In this document: piece by piece, positions 35,042 through 46,977 of the stretch
Layout of the letters: each line of letters begins with the position of its first letter
Position numbering within the stretch: position 1 is the stretch's first letter
Assembly (NCBI RefSeq): GCF_036365525.1
Contig: NC_090399.1
Location: 54,158,430 to 54,222,429 of the forward strand
Length of the DNA stretch: 64,000 bases
Direction: 5' to 3'
Origin: Heterodontus francisci
Taxonomy: Eukaryota
Notes under the pieces: generated by a model
Seen by the model: only the letters and a program-made list of their open reading frames with translations
Told to the model about the DNA's origin: nothing
Databases searched by the model: none
Program-made: the position numbers and the translations under genes

Positions 35042-36403
35042 ATGTTGTCCAATCACTTACAAAACCAGCACAGTCACACAGGGGAGAGACCCTTCATGTG
35101 TGAGCTGTGTGACAGGGCCTTCACACACCCATCGAAGCTGCTGATACACCAGCGGATGCACACAGCGGACAGATGCTTCAAGTGCGAGGTTTGTGGCAAG
35201 GCCTTCATGCAGTCGTCCACCCTGCTTCGCCATCAAAGGATACACACAGGGGAGAGGCCCTTCAGGTGTGAGGTGTGTGACAAAGCCTTCATGCAGTCAT
35301 CGACCCTCCTTCGCCATCAAAGTATTCACGCAGTGGAGAAACCCTTCAGTTGTGAGGTGTGTGATAAAGCTTTTGTGAAGTCATCCACCCTCCTGGTCCA
35401 CCAGCGAGTGCACACAGGGGAGAGACTGTTCAAGTGCAAGGTTTGTGGCAAGGCCTTCACTGAGTCATTGACCCTCATTCGCCATCACAGGATCCACACG
35501 GGGGAGAGGCCCTTCCCACACCGCTCGAGCCTGCGCCAGCAGCAGAGGATTCACATGGGAGAGAAACCCTTCAAGTGTGAGGTGTGTGATAAAGTCTTCA
35601 GACACTCATCGACCCTCCTGGCTCACTACGGAACCCACACAGGGGAGAAACCCTTCAAAGTCGAGGTGTGTGACAAAACGTTCCCTCAATCATCCCACCT
35701 CCTGGTCCATCAGAGAACACACACAAGGGAGAAACCCTTCACGTGTGACATTTGCAACAAAGCTTTCCCAAAGTTGTCCAGACTCTTACAACACCAGCGC
35801 ATTCATACAGGGGAGAGAGCGTTCAGGTGTGTGGTGTGTGATAAGACCTTCACACAGTCATCAGCCCTCCTTCTCCATCACAGGATCCACACAGGGGAGA
35901 AACCATTCAAGTGTGATATTTGTGATAAGACCTTCAGACAGTCGTCGACCCTCCGTCTCCATCACAGGATCCACACAGGGGAGAAACTCTTCAGGTGTGA
36001 AGTGTGTGACAGGGCCTTCACACACCGATCGACGCTCCTGATACACCAGCGGATCCACACAGGGGAGAGACCCTTCAGGTGTGAAGTTTGTGGTAAAGCC
36101 TTCGTATGTTCATCAAACCTCCTGGTTCATTTCAGGACCCACACAAGGGTGAAACCCTCCCGCTGTGAGTTTTGTAAGAAAACCTTCCCACATTTGTCAG
36201 ACCTGGTGGAACATCAGCAGACCCACACAGGGGAGACCCCATTCAGGTGTGAGTTCTGCAACAAAGCTTTCAAACAGTTGCCTGATCTCCTGGAACATCA
36301 ACGTACTCACACAGGAGGCAAACCCTTCCAGTGTGACGTGTGCCAGGAATGTTTCACCTACTCCTCCTCTCTAGAGCTTCACCAGAGTCTCCACACAGGA
36401 TAG
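35042..36403 (+). CDS. C2H2 zinc-finger protein, paralogue 2; 14 intact and 2 broken fingers, 453 aa
   Basis: ATG-initiated ORF of tandem C2H2 motifs with the same C-terminus as the paralogues. Confidence 0.85.
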   Translation: MLSNHLQNQHSHTGERPFMCELCDRAFTHPSKLLIHQRMHTADRCFKCEVCGKAFMQSSTLLRHQRIHTGERPFRCEVCDKAFMQSSTLLRHQSIHAVEKPFSCEVCDKAFVKSSTLLVHQRVHTGERLFKCKVCGKAFTESLTLIRHHRIHTGERPFPHRSSLRQQQRIHMGEKPFKCEVCDKVFRHSSTLLAHYGTHTGEKPFKVEVCDKTFPQSSHLLVHQRTHTREKPFTCDICNKAFPKLSRLLQHQRIHTGERAFRCVVCDKTFTQSSALLLHHRIHTGEKPFKCDICDKTFRQSSTLRLHHRIHTGEKLFRCEVCDRAFTHRSTLLIHQRIHTGERPFRCEVCGKAFVCSSNLLVHFRTHTRVKPSRCEFCKKTFPHLSDLVEHQQTHTGETPFRCEFCNKAFKQLPDLLEHQRTHTGGKPFQCDVCQECFTYSSSLELHQSLHTG

Positions 36404-37825
36404 AAACTCTCCGAGATTGACATGTACCAGTGCAGTTTCACCATCTCCTCCTCCTCCTCCCTTCCAGTATGATCACTGCAAGAACTGCTTCACTGACATA
36501 GCCACATCGGCTTGGAGCAAACTCAAGTCCTCCAGCATTGTGATGGTCTTCAGAGCTGTCTCCAGGCTGCCTTGTCCCCCTGCAGCTGAGCAGCCGTTTC
36601 ATTGTGGTACCTGTTCCAGAATTTGCAGCAACATCACCAAGCTTACCCAGTCTCACTGTATGCAGACCCGTAAGAACGATTTAGAGGTTCAATGTTTCTG
36701 AAAAGACCGTTGACCAATCTGCTCCATTCAAATGCAGTGGATGTGAGCTTCGCCTGTGAATGCCTGAATTTGGTTGTGGTACATGTTAGGTGTGTCACTG
36801 GTCTTGGATCTGTTGTCTCCGAACACGGTATGGGGTTTATACATAGGAGAATGGTACCTGTAGATCAAGATTGTATGACTGATAACTCAAAGCAATCTTT
36901 ATAAGCTTATAACTGTGGGGAGTTTGAGCCTTACCTGTAATGGCTAATCCATCAGGGAAGATAGATCTGGGAAAATAATGAGCTCAAGATTAATACCTGT
37001 GATATAACAGGTGTACTTCGATCAAAAAGAAGGATGTTCTTCAAAAATCCTAACTTAAGTCAAATGAACATCTGACTGGGGAAACAGCTCCAGTCTCCTG
37101 AGATCACTCAATCCAGACTTCAATATAATGGTGAGGGTGAACTCCAGTCAGCTCCATTAATCTTGTTATAATCATCCAGGATTCAGTTAAAGGACTCCAA
37201 GAATGTTGAAACATTTGTTATTTTGGTTTCATAAAATACTTCTCAGTATTGGTACAAGATACATAGGGTATTATTCGTCTGATGATTGAGCTTGCTTCTG
37301 TATAGCTGTACATTCCTGCAATAAATCTCTCTTATTATCCTGAGCCTACACTATATACTCAATTAGCCTGGTGTTTTCCCACCTATGGAAATGATTAGAA
37401 ATGTCTGATTGGTATCCCTGTGTGTTTGATTAAAACAAGTTGATGAAGTGTATTTGTTCCCAGTGAGTGTGCTTGTCCACTCTGTCCACTGATGAGATCT
37501 CTGTTTCACTCAGTGGGAGGTGTGGACTTGCCTATGGGAGCTCTTTAGTTTTCATGAGGAAGCTCAGGTAAGGGCAATGGTTGCAGGTTATGAGGCCCAA
37601 ACTGCCTTGAGTCGCAGGTGATCAGCTTTTCTGAATGATCAGGTTATTATTGATGAATGGATTTTTTTTTGGCACTGCAAAAAATGATTAACTGTCACAA
37701 TTTTCTGATCACTTTGATTTGACACCAATCTTTTTTTCTCCAGCAACACACTACCCAGGTCCTGACAGGAAATGGGTTGCCTTTGCCACTTTCTCAGGTT
37801 GATACCAGATCACCAACAACAAAAA

Positions 37826-38162
37826 CTTTTTTTTAATTCATTCATGGGATGTGGGTGTCGCTGGCTCGGCCAGCATTTATTGCCCATCCCTAATTGCCCT
37901 TGAGAAGGTGGTGGTGAGCTGCCTTCTTGAACCGCTGCAGTCCATGGGAGGTAGGTACACCCACAGTGCTGTTTGGAAAAGAGTTCCAGGATTTTGACCC
38001 AGCGACAGTGAAGGAACGGCGATATAGTTACAAGTCAGGATAGTGTGTGGTTTGGAGGGGAATTTGTAGGTGGTGGTGTTCCCATGCATCTGCTGCCCTT
38101 GTCCTTCTAGTTGGTCGAGGTCGTGGGTTTGGAAGGTGCTGTCTAAGGAGCCTTGGTGTATT
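37826..38162 (-). mobile_element. 3' end of a non-LTR retrotransposon
   Basis: Poly-A tail on the minus strand. Same family as 48310-48770, 60810-61000 and 62752-63245. It is absent from the paralogous sites in units 1 and 3. Confidence 0.65.
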
Positions 38163-38640
38163 GCTTGTATTTATATAGTGCCTTAGATATCATAAAACAT
38201 TTCAAGGCGCTTTCACAGGAGTATTAGCAAATAAAAATTTAAACATAGCTACATAGGGAGATATTAGGACAGGTGATCAAAAGTTTAGTCAAAAAGAGGT
38301 AGGTTTTAAAGGAAAAAAGAGAGGGATGGAGAGGTTCAGGGAGGGACTTCCAGAGTTACGGGTCCAGGCAGCTGAAGACACAGCCACCAATACTGGGGAA
38401 ATTAAAATCAGGGATGCTCAAGAGGACGAAATTAGATGAATGCAGATATCTCGGAGGTTTGTGGGGCTGGAGGAGATTACAGAGATAGGGAGGGACCAGG
38501 CCATGGAGGGATTTGAAAACAAGGATGCAAATTTTAAAATCGAGGCGTTGTTTAAACGGGAGCCGATATAGGTCAGCGAGCCCAGGGGTGATGGGTGAAC
38601 AGCACTTTGTGCAAGTTAGGACACTGGCAGCAGAGTTTTG
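38163..38640 (-). mobile_element. L2-clade LINE 3' fragment
   Basis: Minus-strand ORF ...SPITPGLADLYRLPFKQRLDFKICILVFKSLHGLVPPYL. Confidence 0.75.
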
Positions 38641-39344
38641 AGAATATTTCTGAAGGTGTGCGACTCGGTGAATGGTGAGTTTGTAACCTGAGATTCCTTT
38701 AGCCATGTGGGAGTGGAGGCCTGGATTTGTACAGTTCCTCTGAGGGAATGCTGTCCTACAGAGGGGCAGCACTGAGGGAGTGGTACCTTTTTGGAGGGGT
38801 ATTACAAAGGAACAGAAGAAAGTCATTTAACTTTTTTGAGTATGTTCCACCATTCAGTGAGATCATGGCGGATCTGTGATCTAACTCCATATACCTGACC
38901 TTTCCACATCTCCCTTTATACTTTTGGTCAACAAAAACCTATCAACCCCAGATTTAAAATTAACAATGACCGGGCATCAATTGTCATTTGTGGAAGAGAA
39001 TTCCAAATTTTTCACACCCTTTGTGTGTGGAAGAGTTTCCTAATTTCACTCAAGAAAGCTCTGGCTCTAATATTTAGACTGTGCCCCAAGCCCTCCCAAG
39101 CAGTGGAAATAGTTTCTCTCTGTTCATCCTATCTGTTCCCTTAAAATATTCAAAACTTTGAGTAAATCACCCCTAATCTTCTAATGTCCAGGGAATACAA
39201 CCCTAGTTTGTTTAATCTCCCCTCGTAATTTAACTCTTATACTCCTAGTATCATTCTAATAAATGTAGGCTGCACTCCCTCCAAGTCCAATATATCCCGG
39301 CACCCAAGACTGCTCACAGTAACTCCAGGTGTGGTCTTAACAGG

Positions 39345-39585
39345 AATACAAATAGAAAGTGCTGGAAATGCTCAGCAGGTCTGGCAGCATCAGTGCAGAG
39401 AGAAACAGAATTAATGTTTCAGGTCTGGGACCTTTCATCAAAAAGGTTCTGATGAAAGGTCACAGAGCTGAAACGTTAACTCTGATTTTCTCTCTCCACA
39501 GATACTGCGGACCTGCTGCGTATTTCCAGCAGTTTCATTTCAGATTTCCAGAATCTGCAGTAATTTGCTTTTATTTTAGTGATCC
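39345..39585. mobile_element. Palindromic non-autonomous Penelope-derived element
   Basis: Inverted arms of ~80 bp match the terminus of the Penelope element at 53507. TSD TAACAGG lies at 39338-39344 and 39586-39592. The site is empty in the paralogues. Confidence 0.75.
39446..39481 (+). ncRNA. Minimal hammerhead ribozyme motif (PLE type)
   Basis: gtt-CTGATGA-a-aggtcacagagct-GAAA-cgtt-aac. Stem II is imperfect. Confidence 0.55.
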
Positions 39586-39828
39586 TAACAGGGCTTTGTA
39601 TATCTGAAGCATAACTTCTCCCCTCTTGTATTCTAGACCTCCCGATATAAAGATCTGCATTCCATTAGACATTTTGATTATTTCCTGTACCTCCTCATGA
39701 CATTTTAATGATCTATGTACCTGGAACTCCAAGTCTATTCAGAGCCCCCCTATTTCTAGCTTTTCACCATTTATAAAGTACTCTGTTGTATCCTTTTTAG
39801 GTTCAAAGTAAATGACCTGACATTGATC

Positions 39829-40605
39829 TTGATACGGCCAAGTGAGGAGGGGTCACAGTCAGCCCTCTTGTCCTTCCCCTTATTTGACCACAATAGGGTT
39901 TATTCCTTTTTTTAAAAAAACAGTGGTTGTGCTTACTACCTCTGTGAGTGTTTTACATTTTAACATTACTGTGATCGTGAATGAACCAATCGGACAGGTT
40001 TGTCTTGAGTTTACACAAGAAAGCGGCAACTTTGTTAGACTTAACAATCGAACCCCGATTTACAAATAATAAAAAAAATCCACGACACATTCACGCACAC
40101 AGTTACACGAGGATCACACACACACACAAATAGATTACAAAGTGGAAGGTAGGTTTTTTGGTTGGATTAAAGTCCAGAATAAATAAAAGTTAAATACACA
40201 GTCTGAAGTTGGATGATTCGCTGGTCTTCTGGCTGGGGTTGTACTCTTGAAGTCTTGGTTGGTCAAAGTGCACTTTGTAGCTGGCCCACTTTGCTCAGGG
40301 TTTACTTGGAGGCAGAATTGCAGTTGGCTCTCTTCCCCCTGGTCTCTGGCTGTAGCAGTTTGTAGGCTTGGAGAGTCCACAGTCACAGAAGGTTTTCAAA
40401 CTTGATGTTTTCTGGGGAAAGGGAAAGAAAGGGAGGCACACAGCCTTCCCTGCTGTTGCAGTCTCAGTTTCTGCTTGTCTTCTGCCTGTGTCACAAAACT
40501 TCAAGTTTTCCCAGAGATGGTCACATGGTTCTCTCAGTCCACTTTGTTTTTAATGCAGTCCAAAGTCAGAAACCCAAAACCCCTCTCTCAGGTAGTATTG
40601 TCAGT
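39829..40605 (-). mobile_element. LTR-like fragment related to 52045-53102
   Basis: The start tgatacggccaagtgaggaggggtcacag resembles gttatggccagatgaggagggggtctcag at 52045. It interrupts the CR1. The right boundary is uncertain. Confidence 0.55.
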
Positions 40606-40639
40606 GTTTACCCCTGGAGGGACATCACCACTTATGAAT

Positions 40640-41916
40640 GCACTGTCAGAGGGGCAATTCTGAGGGATCATTGCACTGTCAGAGGATGAGCACGGAGGGA
40701 GTGCTGCACAGTCAGAAGGTAAGTACTGAGGGAGCGATGCACCATCGGAGGGGCGGTACTGAAAGAGAGGGCCACACTGTCGAGGGTCGGTACTAAGGGG
40801 CGCCAGACTGTCGGAGGGTCAGTTTTGAGGGGGCATCACACTGTCGGAGGGTCAGTACTGAGGGAACGCTGCCCTGTTGGAGGTCGGTACTGAGGGAGTG
40901 CTGCCCTGTTGGAGGTCGGTACTGAGGGAGTGCTGCACTGTCGGAGGGGTGGTTCTGAAGGATCACGGCAATGTCAGAGGTTCAGTACAGAGGGAATGCT
41001 GCACTAACAGGCGGGTGGTACTGAGGAAGTGCTGCACTGTCGGAGTGCCGCGCTGATGGAGGTTCGGTACTGATGGAGCGCCGCACAGTCCAAGAGTCGG
41101 CACTGAGTGAGCACTGTACTGTTGGAGGGTCGGTACTGAGGGAGCGCCGCACTGGGAGAGGGTCGGTACTGAGGGAGTGCTGTGATGTCAGAGGGTTGGT
41201 ACTGAGGGGGCGCCATAGTCAGAGGGTCAGTACTGAGGGGGTGCAGCACTGTCGGAGGATCGTTGGTGAGGGATTACAGCAATGTTGGAGGGTCAGTATA
41301 GAGGGAGAGATGCACTGTTGTAGGGTCTGTACTGAGAGGGCGCCACACTGTTGTAGGGTCGGTACTAAGGGAGTACCGCACTGTCAGACGGGTGGTACTG
41401 AGGAAGTGCTGCACTGTTGGAAGGTCGGTACTGAGGGAATGCTGCACTGTCGGCATGCCGCGCTGATGGTGGCTCAGTACTGATGCAGCGCCGCACTCTC
41501 AGAGGGTCAGAACTGAGGGAGCACTGCAGTGTTGGAGAGTTGGTACTGAGGGAGCACTGTACTGTCGGAGGGTCGGTACTGAGGGAGCGCCATAGTCGGC
41601 GGGTCGGTACTGAGGGAGTGACGCACTGTCGGAGGATCGTTAGTGAGGGATTGCAGTAATGTAGGGTCGGTACTGAGGGAGCGATGCACTTTTGGAGGGT
41701 CGGTAATGGGGTGGGGGGGGGGGGGGGCGCCACACTGTTGCAGGGTTGGTACTGAGGGAGTCCAGCACTGTTGGAGGGTCAGTACTGAGGCAGTGCCGAA
41801 CTGTCGGAGGGTCAGTACTGAGGGAGTGCTGCACTGTCGGAGGGTCAGTTACAGAGGGAGTCCTGCACTGTCGAAGGGATGGGACTGAGGGAGTGCTGCA
41901 CTGTCAGAGGGACTGT
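40640..41916 (+). repeat. Degenerate 33-bp minisatellite upstream of gene 3 (~1.3 kb)
   Basis: gtactgagggagtgctgcactgtcggaggg units ending in the same ggactgtgaaatg junction as at 29146. Confidence 0.9.
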
Positions 41917-42212
41917 GAAATGCTTTAGAACATCCTGTATATATGAAAGTTCTTGCTCCTTCTCCTTTATTTCTAATCACTGACAGTGACTGGATTGAAT
42001 ATTCTCAAAGTGACAAAGCACCAAGAGGTGGTCCCGCCCTCTTCTTTGTGATTGGCTGAGTGAATTGATTGACAGGAATGGCGGGTTGCAATATATCTGG
42101 GGTACCCATTGGCTGCGAGAAATGTCAATCTGAGCATCCAACCAATCGGATCATTCTCTCTTCCGCTTCCGCAACTGGTTCACTTCCTGACTGAAAACCA
42201 AGGGAGGAGACG
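41917..42212 (+). promoter_or_regulatory. Putative promoter and non-coding exon 1 of gene 3
   Basis: GC box CCCGCCC, three CCAAT/ATTGG boxes, tandem CTTCCG and CACTTCCTG ETS-like sites, and a GACG|GTGAGT donor. Confidence 0.7.
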
Positions 42213-42795
42213 GTGAGTAAAGGAGCAGAGTTTGTACAGATTGTATCCCATAATATCCACACTAATGGTCAGGACTGAATATCCAGTGAGTGACGGAGCA
42301 GAGTTTGTACAGATTGTATCCCATAATATCCACACTAATGTTCAGGACTGAATATCCAGTGAGTGACGGAGCAGAGTTTGTCCAGATTGTATCCCATAAT
42401 ATCCACACTAATGTTCAGGACTGAATATCCAGTGAGTGAAGGAGCAGAGTTTGTCCAGATTGTATCCCATAATATCCACACTAATGTTCAGGACTGAATA
42501 TCCAGTGAGTGAAGGAGCAGAGTTTGTACAGATTGTATCCCATAATATCCACACTAATGTTCAGGACTGAATATCCAGTGAGTGACGGAGCAGAGTTTGT
42601 ATAGATTGTATCCCATAATATCCACACTAATGTTCAGGACTGAATATCCAGTGAGTGACGGAGCAGAGTTTGTACAGATTGTATCCCATAATATCCACAC
42701 TAATGTTCAGGACTGAATATCCAGTGAGTGACGGAGCAGAGTTTGTCCAGATTGTATCCCATAATATCCACACTAATGTTCAGGACTGACTATCA
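42213..42795 (+). repeat. 73-bp tandem array (~8 copies)
   Basis: Same unit, starting at the donor GT. Confidence 0.95.
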
Positions 42796-42886
42796 ATTCC
42801 TTGTGACTTGTTCAGGTTTATCTTTGAATAAATTAATAGATTTTTCAATTATTTTATTTGCTGCTTGTTCACACTCTTAACAAATT

Positions 42887-43222
42887 TCATAGAGGGATAC
42901 AGCACTGAAACAGGCCCTTCGGCCCACCGCGTGTGTGCTGACCAACAACCACCCATTTATACAAATCCTACATTGATCCCATATCCCCTACCACATCCCT
43001 ACCATTCTCCTACCACCTACCTGCACTAGGGGCAATTTACAATGGTCAAATTACCTATCACCCTTCAAGTCTTTGGCTGTGGGAGGAAACCGGAGCACCC
43101 AGCAGAAACCCATGTGGTCACAGGGAGAACTTGCAAACTCCACACAGGCAGTACCCAGAACTGAACCCGGGCTGCTGGAGCTGTGAGGCTGCAGTGCTAA
43201 CCACTGCACCACTGTGCTACCC
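42887..43222 (-). mobile_element. HE1-type V-SINE
   Basis: The reverse complement is similar to 34596-34950. TSD CAAATT lies at 42881 and 43223. Confidence 0.85.
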
Positions 43223-43667
43223 CAAATTGCCTAGTTTTAACTAAGAGAGCAGGTACCATCTGATGTGGATTGGGTGGGTGGGGACAAAAGAGAGTGAGAG
43301 AGGAGAGGAAACGTGGGGTATTGGGGGAAGCGGCCTTGGTGGCAGAGGATGGTGGGTGGTAGAGACTCGGTCTGGGGGAGGCAAAGAGAGGGAGAGAGAG
43401 GGGGAGTGAACGGGTAGATATGGGAAGGTGGAGAGAGATGGAGAGAACGAGCAGGGGCCTGGAGGGGATGTTATGGGAAGTCAGAGGGAGAAGGTGTTTT
43501 GGAAAGAGAGAAAGAGGGTGAGAGCAGCGTCGTGGTTGCAATGGGGAGGGGGTGAGGGAGAGAGAGCACGCAGAGTGCTTGGGAAGTGTGGCGAGCATTG
43601 GTGTGAGTGAACAGGAACCCGGGTGGGTTGGGGGAAAGAGTGCAGTGACCGCGGATAGAAAACTAGG

Positions 43668-44190
43668 ATGAGACCGCACCTGGAGTATTGCGTGCAGTTC
43701 TGGTCACCGCATTATAGGAAGGATGTGGAAGCTATGGAAAGGGTGCAGAGGAGATTTACTGGGATGTTGCCTGGAATGGAGGGAAGGTCTTACGAGGAAA
43801 GGCTGAGGGACTTGAGGTTGTTTTCGTTGGAGAGAAGGAGGAGGAGAGGTGACTTAATAGAGACACATAAGATAATCAGAGGGTTAGATAGGGTGGATAG
43901 TGAGAGTCTTTTTCCTCGGATGGTGATGGCAAACACGAGGGGACATAGCTTTAAGTTGAGGGGTGATAGATATAGGACAGATGTCAGAGGTAGTTTCTTT
44001 ACTCAGAGAGTAGTAGGGGCATGGAACGCCCTGCCTGCAACAGTAGTAGACTCGCCAACTTTAAGGGCATTTAAGTGGTCATTGGATAGACATATGGATG
44101 AAAATGGAATAGTGTAGGTCAGATGGTTTCACAGGTCGGCGCAACATCGAGGGCCGAAGGGCCTGTACTGCGCTGTAATGTTCTAATTCT
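43668..44190 (+). mobile_element. CR1 LINE 3' end, relatively young
   Basis: Open 149-aa frame RPHLEYCVQFWSPHYRKDVEAMERVQRRFT...FFTQRVVGAWNALP, then a 3' UTR with a (TTCTAA)n tail. Confidence 0.9.
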
Positions 44191-44609
44191 AAAAAAGAAG
44201 GGACTACATCAGAGTGTTGAGAGAGAAGCTATGAGCAGGGACCTTGGGGGTGGGGGCCGCAGTTTGTGGGAAGAGAGTGAGAGGGAGTCGGGACCTAAGA
44301 GAGAGCAGGGAATGAGGTAGCGTTGCAGTGGGATGGGGAGAGAGAGAGCAAGTGAGCAGGTAGCTGGGGGTTGTGAGGAGGGTTGGTGTGAGTGAACAGG
44401 GACCCGGGGGTGAACAGAGAAAGGGCAGTGACCTTGAGAGAGGGCAAGGGTTGGTGGAGAAACTGAGAGAGAGCAGAGCCAGGGGAAGAGATAGAGGGCA
44501 GGAATCCAGGGGGAAGAATGGGGAGAAAAGAAGTGCGCAGCATCCTTGGGTGAGAGAGAAATGGAAATAGCAGGGAGCTGCGGAGATTGAGAGAGCCAGA
44601 GAGGGAGAG

Positions 44610-45178
44610 TAATATGGTAAATGAATTTCAGTACCAGTGCAATGCCAGGTACGTAGGTTGTGCTTCCCAACGACTGGCATATCATATCAAACAGCACGTC
44701 CCTTCAGCTGTTTGCATGAGGTAGAGTTGTGAGTGCACTCAACCGACCCGTATGTGCAAAACTCAGAACGTAATGTCTAATGTTAGATGTGATTCCATGA
44801 TTGGACGGCAGTTGCTGACTATCCCAAATGTGCTAAATATTACACAAACAACCAATTTATGATTATCAGTTGGGCTCGCAATGTGGCTCGCTTAAGCTTG
44901 CTATAAACTACCTACATTCATATGCAGGAGCCTGTCCTCTTCAGGCAAAAGGAACATGTCCACGCTTTGTGCCTTTTTTGAATTAAACAAAAGCTTTGGG
45001 GACAATACTTCCCTGGTGCATTCTCCATGGTAACGCCTGGACCAGAATCGACTTGCCAACAAATCAGCATCTTTTCTCATGCAGTACAAATTGTTGCTCC
45101 TTTTGACATTTGTCATCCTCGCATCTGTCCTGATGAGTGCAAACAAAAAAGCTTCAACAGTATGTCTCTTTTATCTGC
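44610..45178 (+). mobile_element. Penelope-like element 3' fragment (GIY-YIG remnant with a decayed hammerhead)
   Basis: Manual translation gives NMVNEFQYQCNARYVGCASQRLAYHIKQHVP. The sequence ctgtc-CTGATGA-gtgc...gcttc-aacag lies at 45125-45160. Confidence 0.65.
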
Positions 45179-45233
45179 AAAAATCCATTGATCCGCATTT
45201 ACTGCCCCCACAGTTCAGTAACCTGCTGACCCT

Positions 45234-46063
45234 AATTACGACTGCAGTGGGAACAATGCACTGCTAATACAGTTGCGTTGCTCCACAGGTCGCAACGCTT
45301 TTTTTAAGCTTTCCAAATCGGAAAAGCAGCCAAATTGAATATTCTAGTATCCCCCGAATTAAGTGGACCAAACCAGGTATCTTTAGACAACAACAAATTA
45401 ACTATGAAAAAAACTGAAAAACCTAAACACTACTAAGATAAATCTATGTCTAAAGACCTTATAACTTATTTAAAAATCTAACTCCTGCATTCGGATACAT
45501 ATACTCAAAATTAACAGTGGTTCGGTTTTAAATTAGCTGGCTGTCGAGAATAAATATAATGCCTTTGCAAGTTACGTTCCTGATGAATGAGGTCTTCCAA
45601 TGTAAAACAGTCAACGGTCGCTTGAAGTCTTCACAGTGGTCCGATGGAAAAAAAAGTCCTTCAAAGATAGGAATTCAGCAGTACGGCTGTTGTCGCATTA
45701 AACTGTCCCTTCAGTGATGAACAAACCAAAATACCAATAATTTGTTGGGAAAGAAAAAGTTTTCTTATGGACTTAATTTGGCTTGATGTTTTGTAGAATT
45801 TTGAGAGAGGAATAACACAGCTTCTTCAGTTCAAATCGCCTCAGAACACTCTCTGCTTAAAACCAGTCTCTGTCAGTTTATCAAGTCAGACTGCAACATT
45901 GAATCATGTGACCTCTCTCTCTCCTGCTGTTGTTGCTTGGCAGCCCTAATGCAAATGGCAGACTGAGTCTCCAGAACTTTCTGTCTTAAAAGTGCACTGA
46001 TCTTCATACAGTCTTAAAGACGCACACAATATTTCCGAGGAAGAAAAAAACAAGACTGTGACA
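45234..46063. mobile_element. Solo LTR (830 bp) in the gene 3 intron
   Basis: 4-bp TSD CCCT at 45230-45233 and 46064-46067, ending in ...GTGACA. The empty site gctgaccctccctgg is present in the other three units. Confidence 0.7.
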
Positions 46064-46977
46064 CCCTTCCTGGGCAGCCGTCTCCCAGTGAGGGGTCAGC
46101 ACCTTCAGAGACTGGAGAGAGTCGGAGGAAAGTCACTCATTATTTTATTGTGTTACAGGAGTATCTCACCGTATTAAATCAAAGAGTAGAGAGCGGATAG
46201 ACACCACAACCAGCCAAGACCCGAGGAGATCCCGGACATCACCCTGGGGACAACGCAGTCAAAGCATCTCCAATAAATCTGATTGGTCAGGAAAAGGGAA
46301 ACTGACCAGCATCCAATCAAAACCACCACTTCCATAGGTTTGGCTGTGGGATATCAGTCAGTCCAGGAGATTGAGGGAGTGTAATGGGTGAGATTGGAAA
46401 GAAGTCTCTCAGGTTCCACAAGCAGTGGTTTTCACACAGTCATTGGCATTCCTGAAACACTGGAACATCCACTCAGGTGAAAGGTCATTCACGGTGAGGA
46501 GTGTAAGGACTGGTCCGAGTGTGAGGAGGGCTTTGAGTGTTCATTACACCTTGTGAAGCATTGGCAGATCCTGACAGGTGTCTGACGTTTTCTGAGGGCT
46601 TTATATGATTGTTGAACCTCCTCATCCACAGACGGTGAGAGTGTAGACAGTCTTAGTGACACCATTATGTCTCCTGTAACACGAGGGCAGCTACATGACA
46701 GAGAAAACAATTGAATGTGGACAATTTGACGGAATCTCTGCAAGTTCATCAGGCCATGTGAATTCCCAATCCACCAACACAGAGGAGAGGTGGTTCTAGT
46801 TTGGTGTGTGAGAAGACATTCGTACGGTTATCGTACTTCCTGAAACACCAACACACCCACACAGGGGAGAAACTGTTCAAAGTCGAGGTGTGTGACAAAG
46901 CATTCTCTCAATCATCCCACCTCCTGGTCCGTCAGAGAACACACACACGAGAGAAACCCTTCAACAAAGCTTCCCCA

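Larger units (their letters stand above)
38806..39828 (-). mobile_element. CR1 LINE 3' fragment containing the palindromic insertion at 39345
   Basis: Homologous to 11297-12094 and 50841-51835. Confidence 0.7.
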
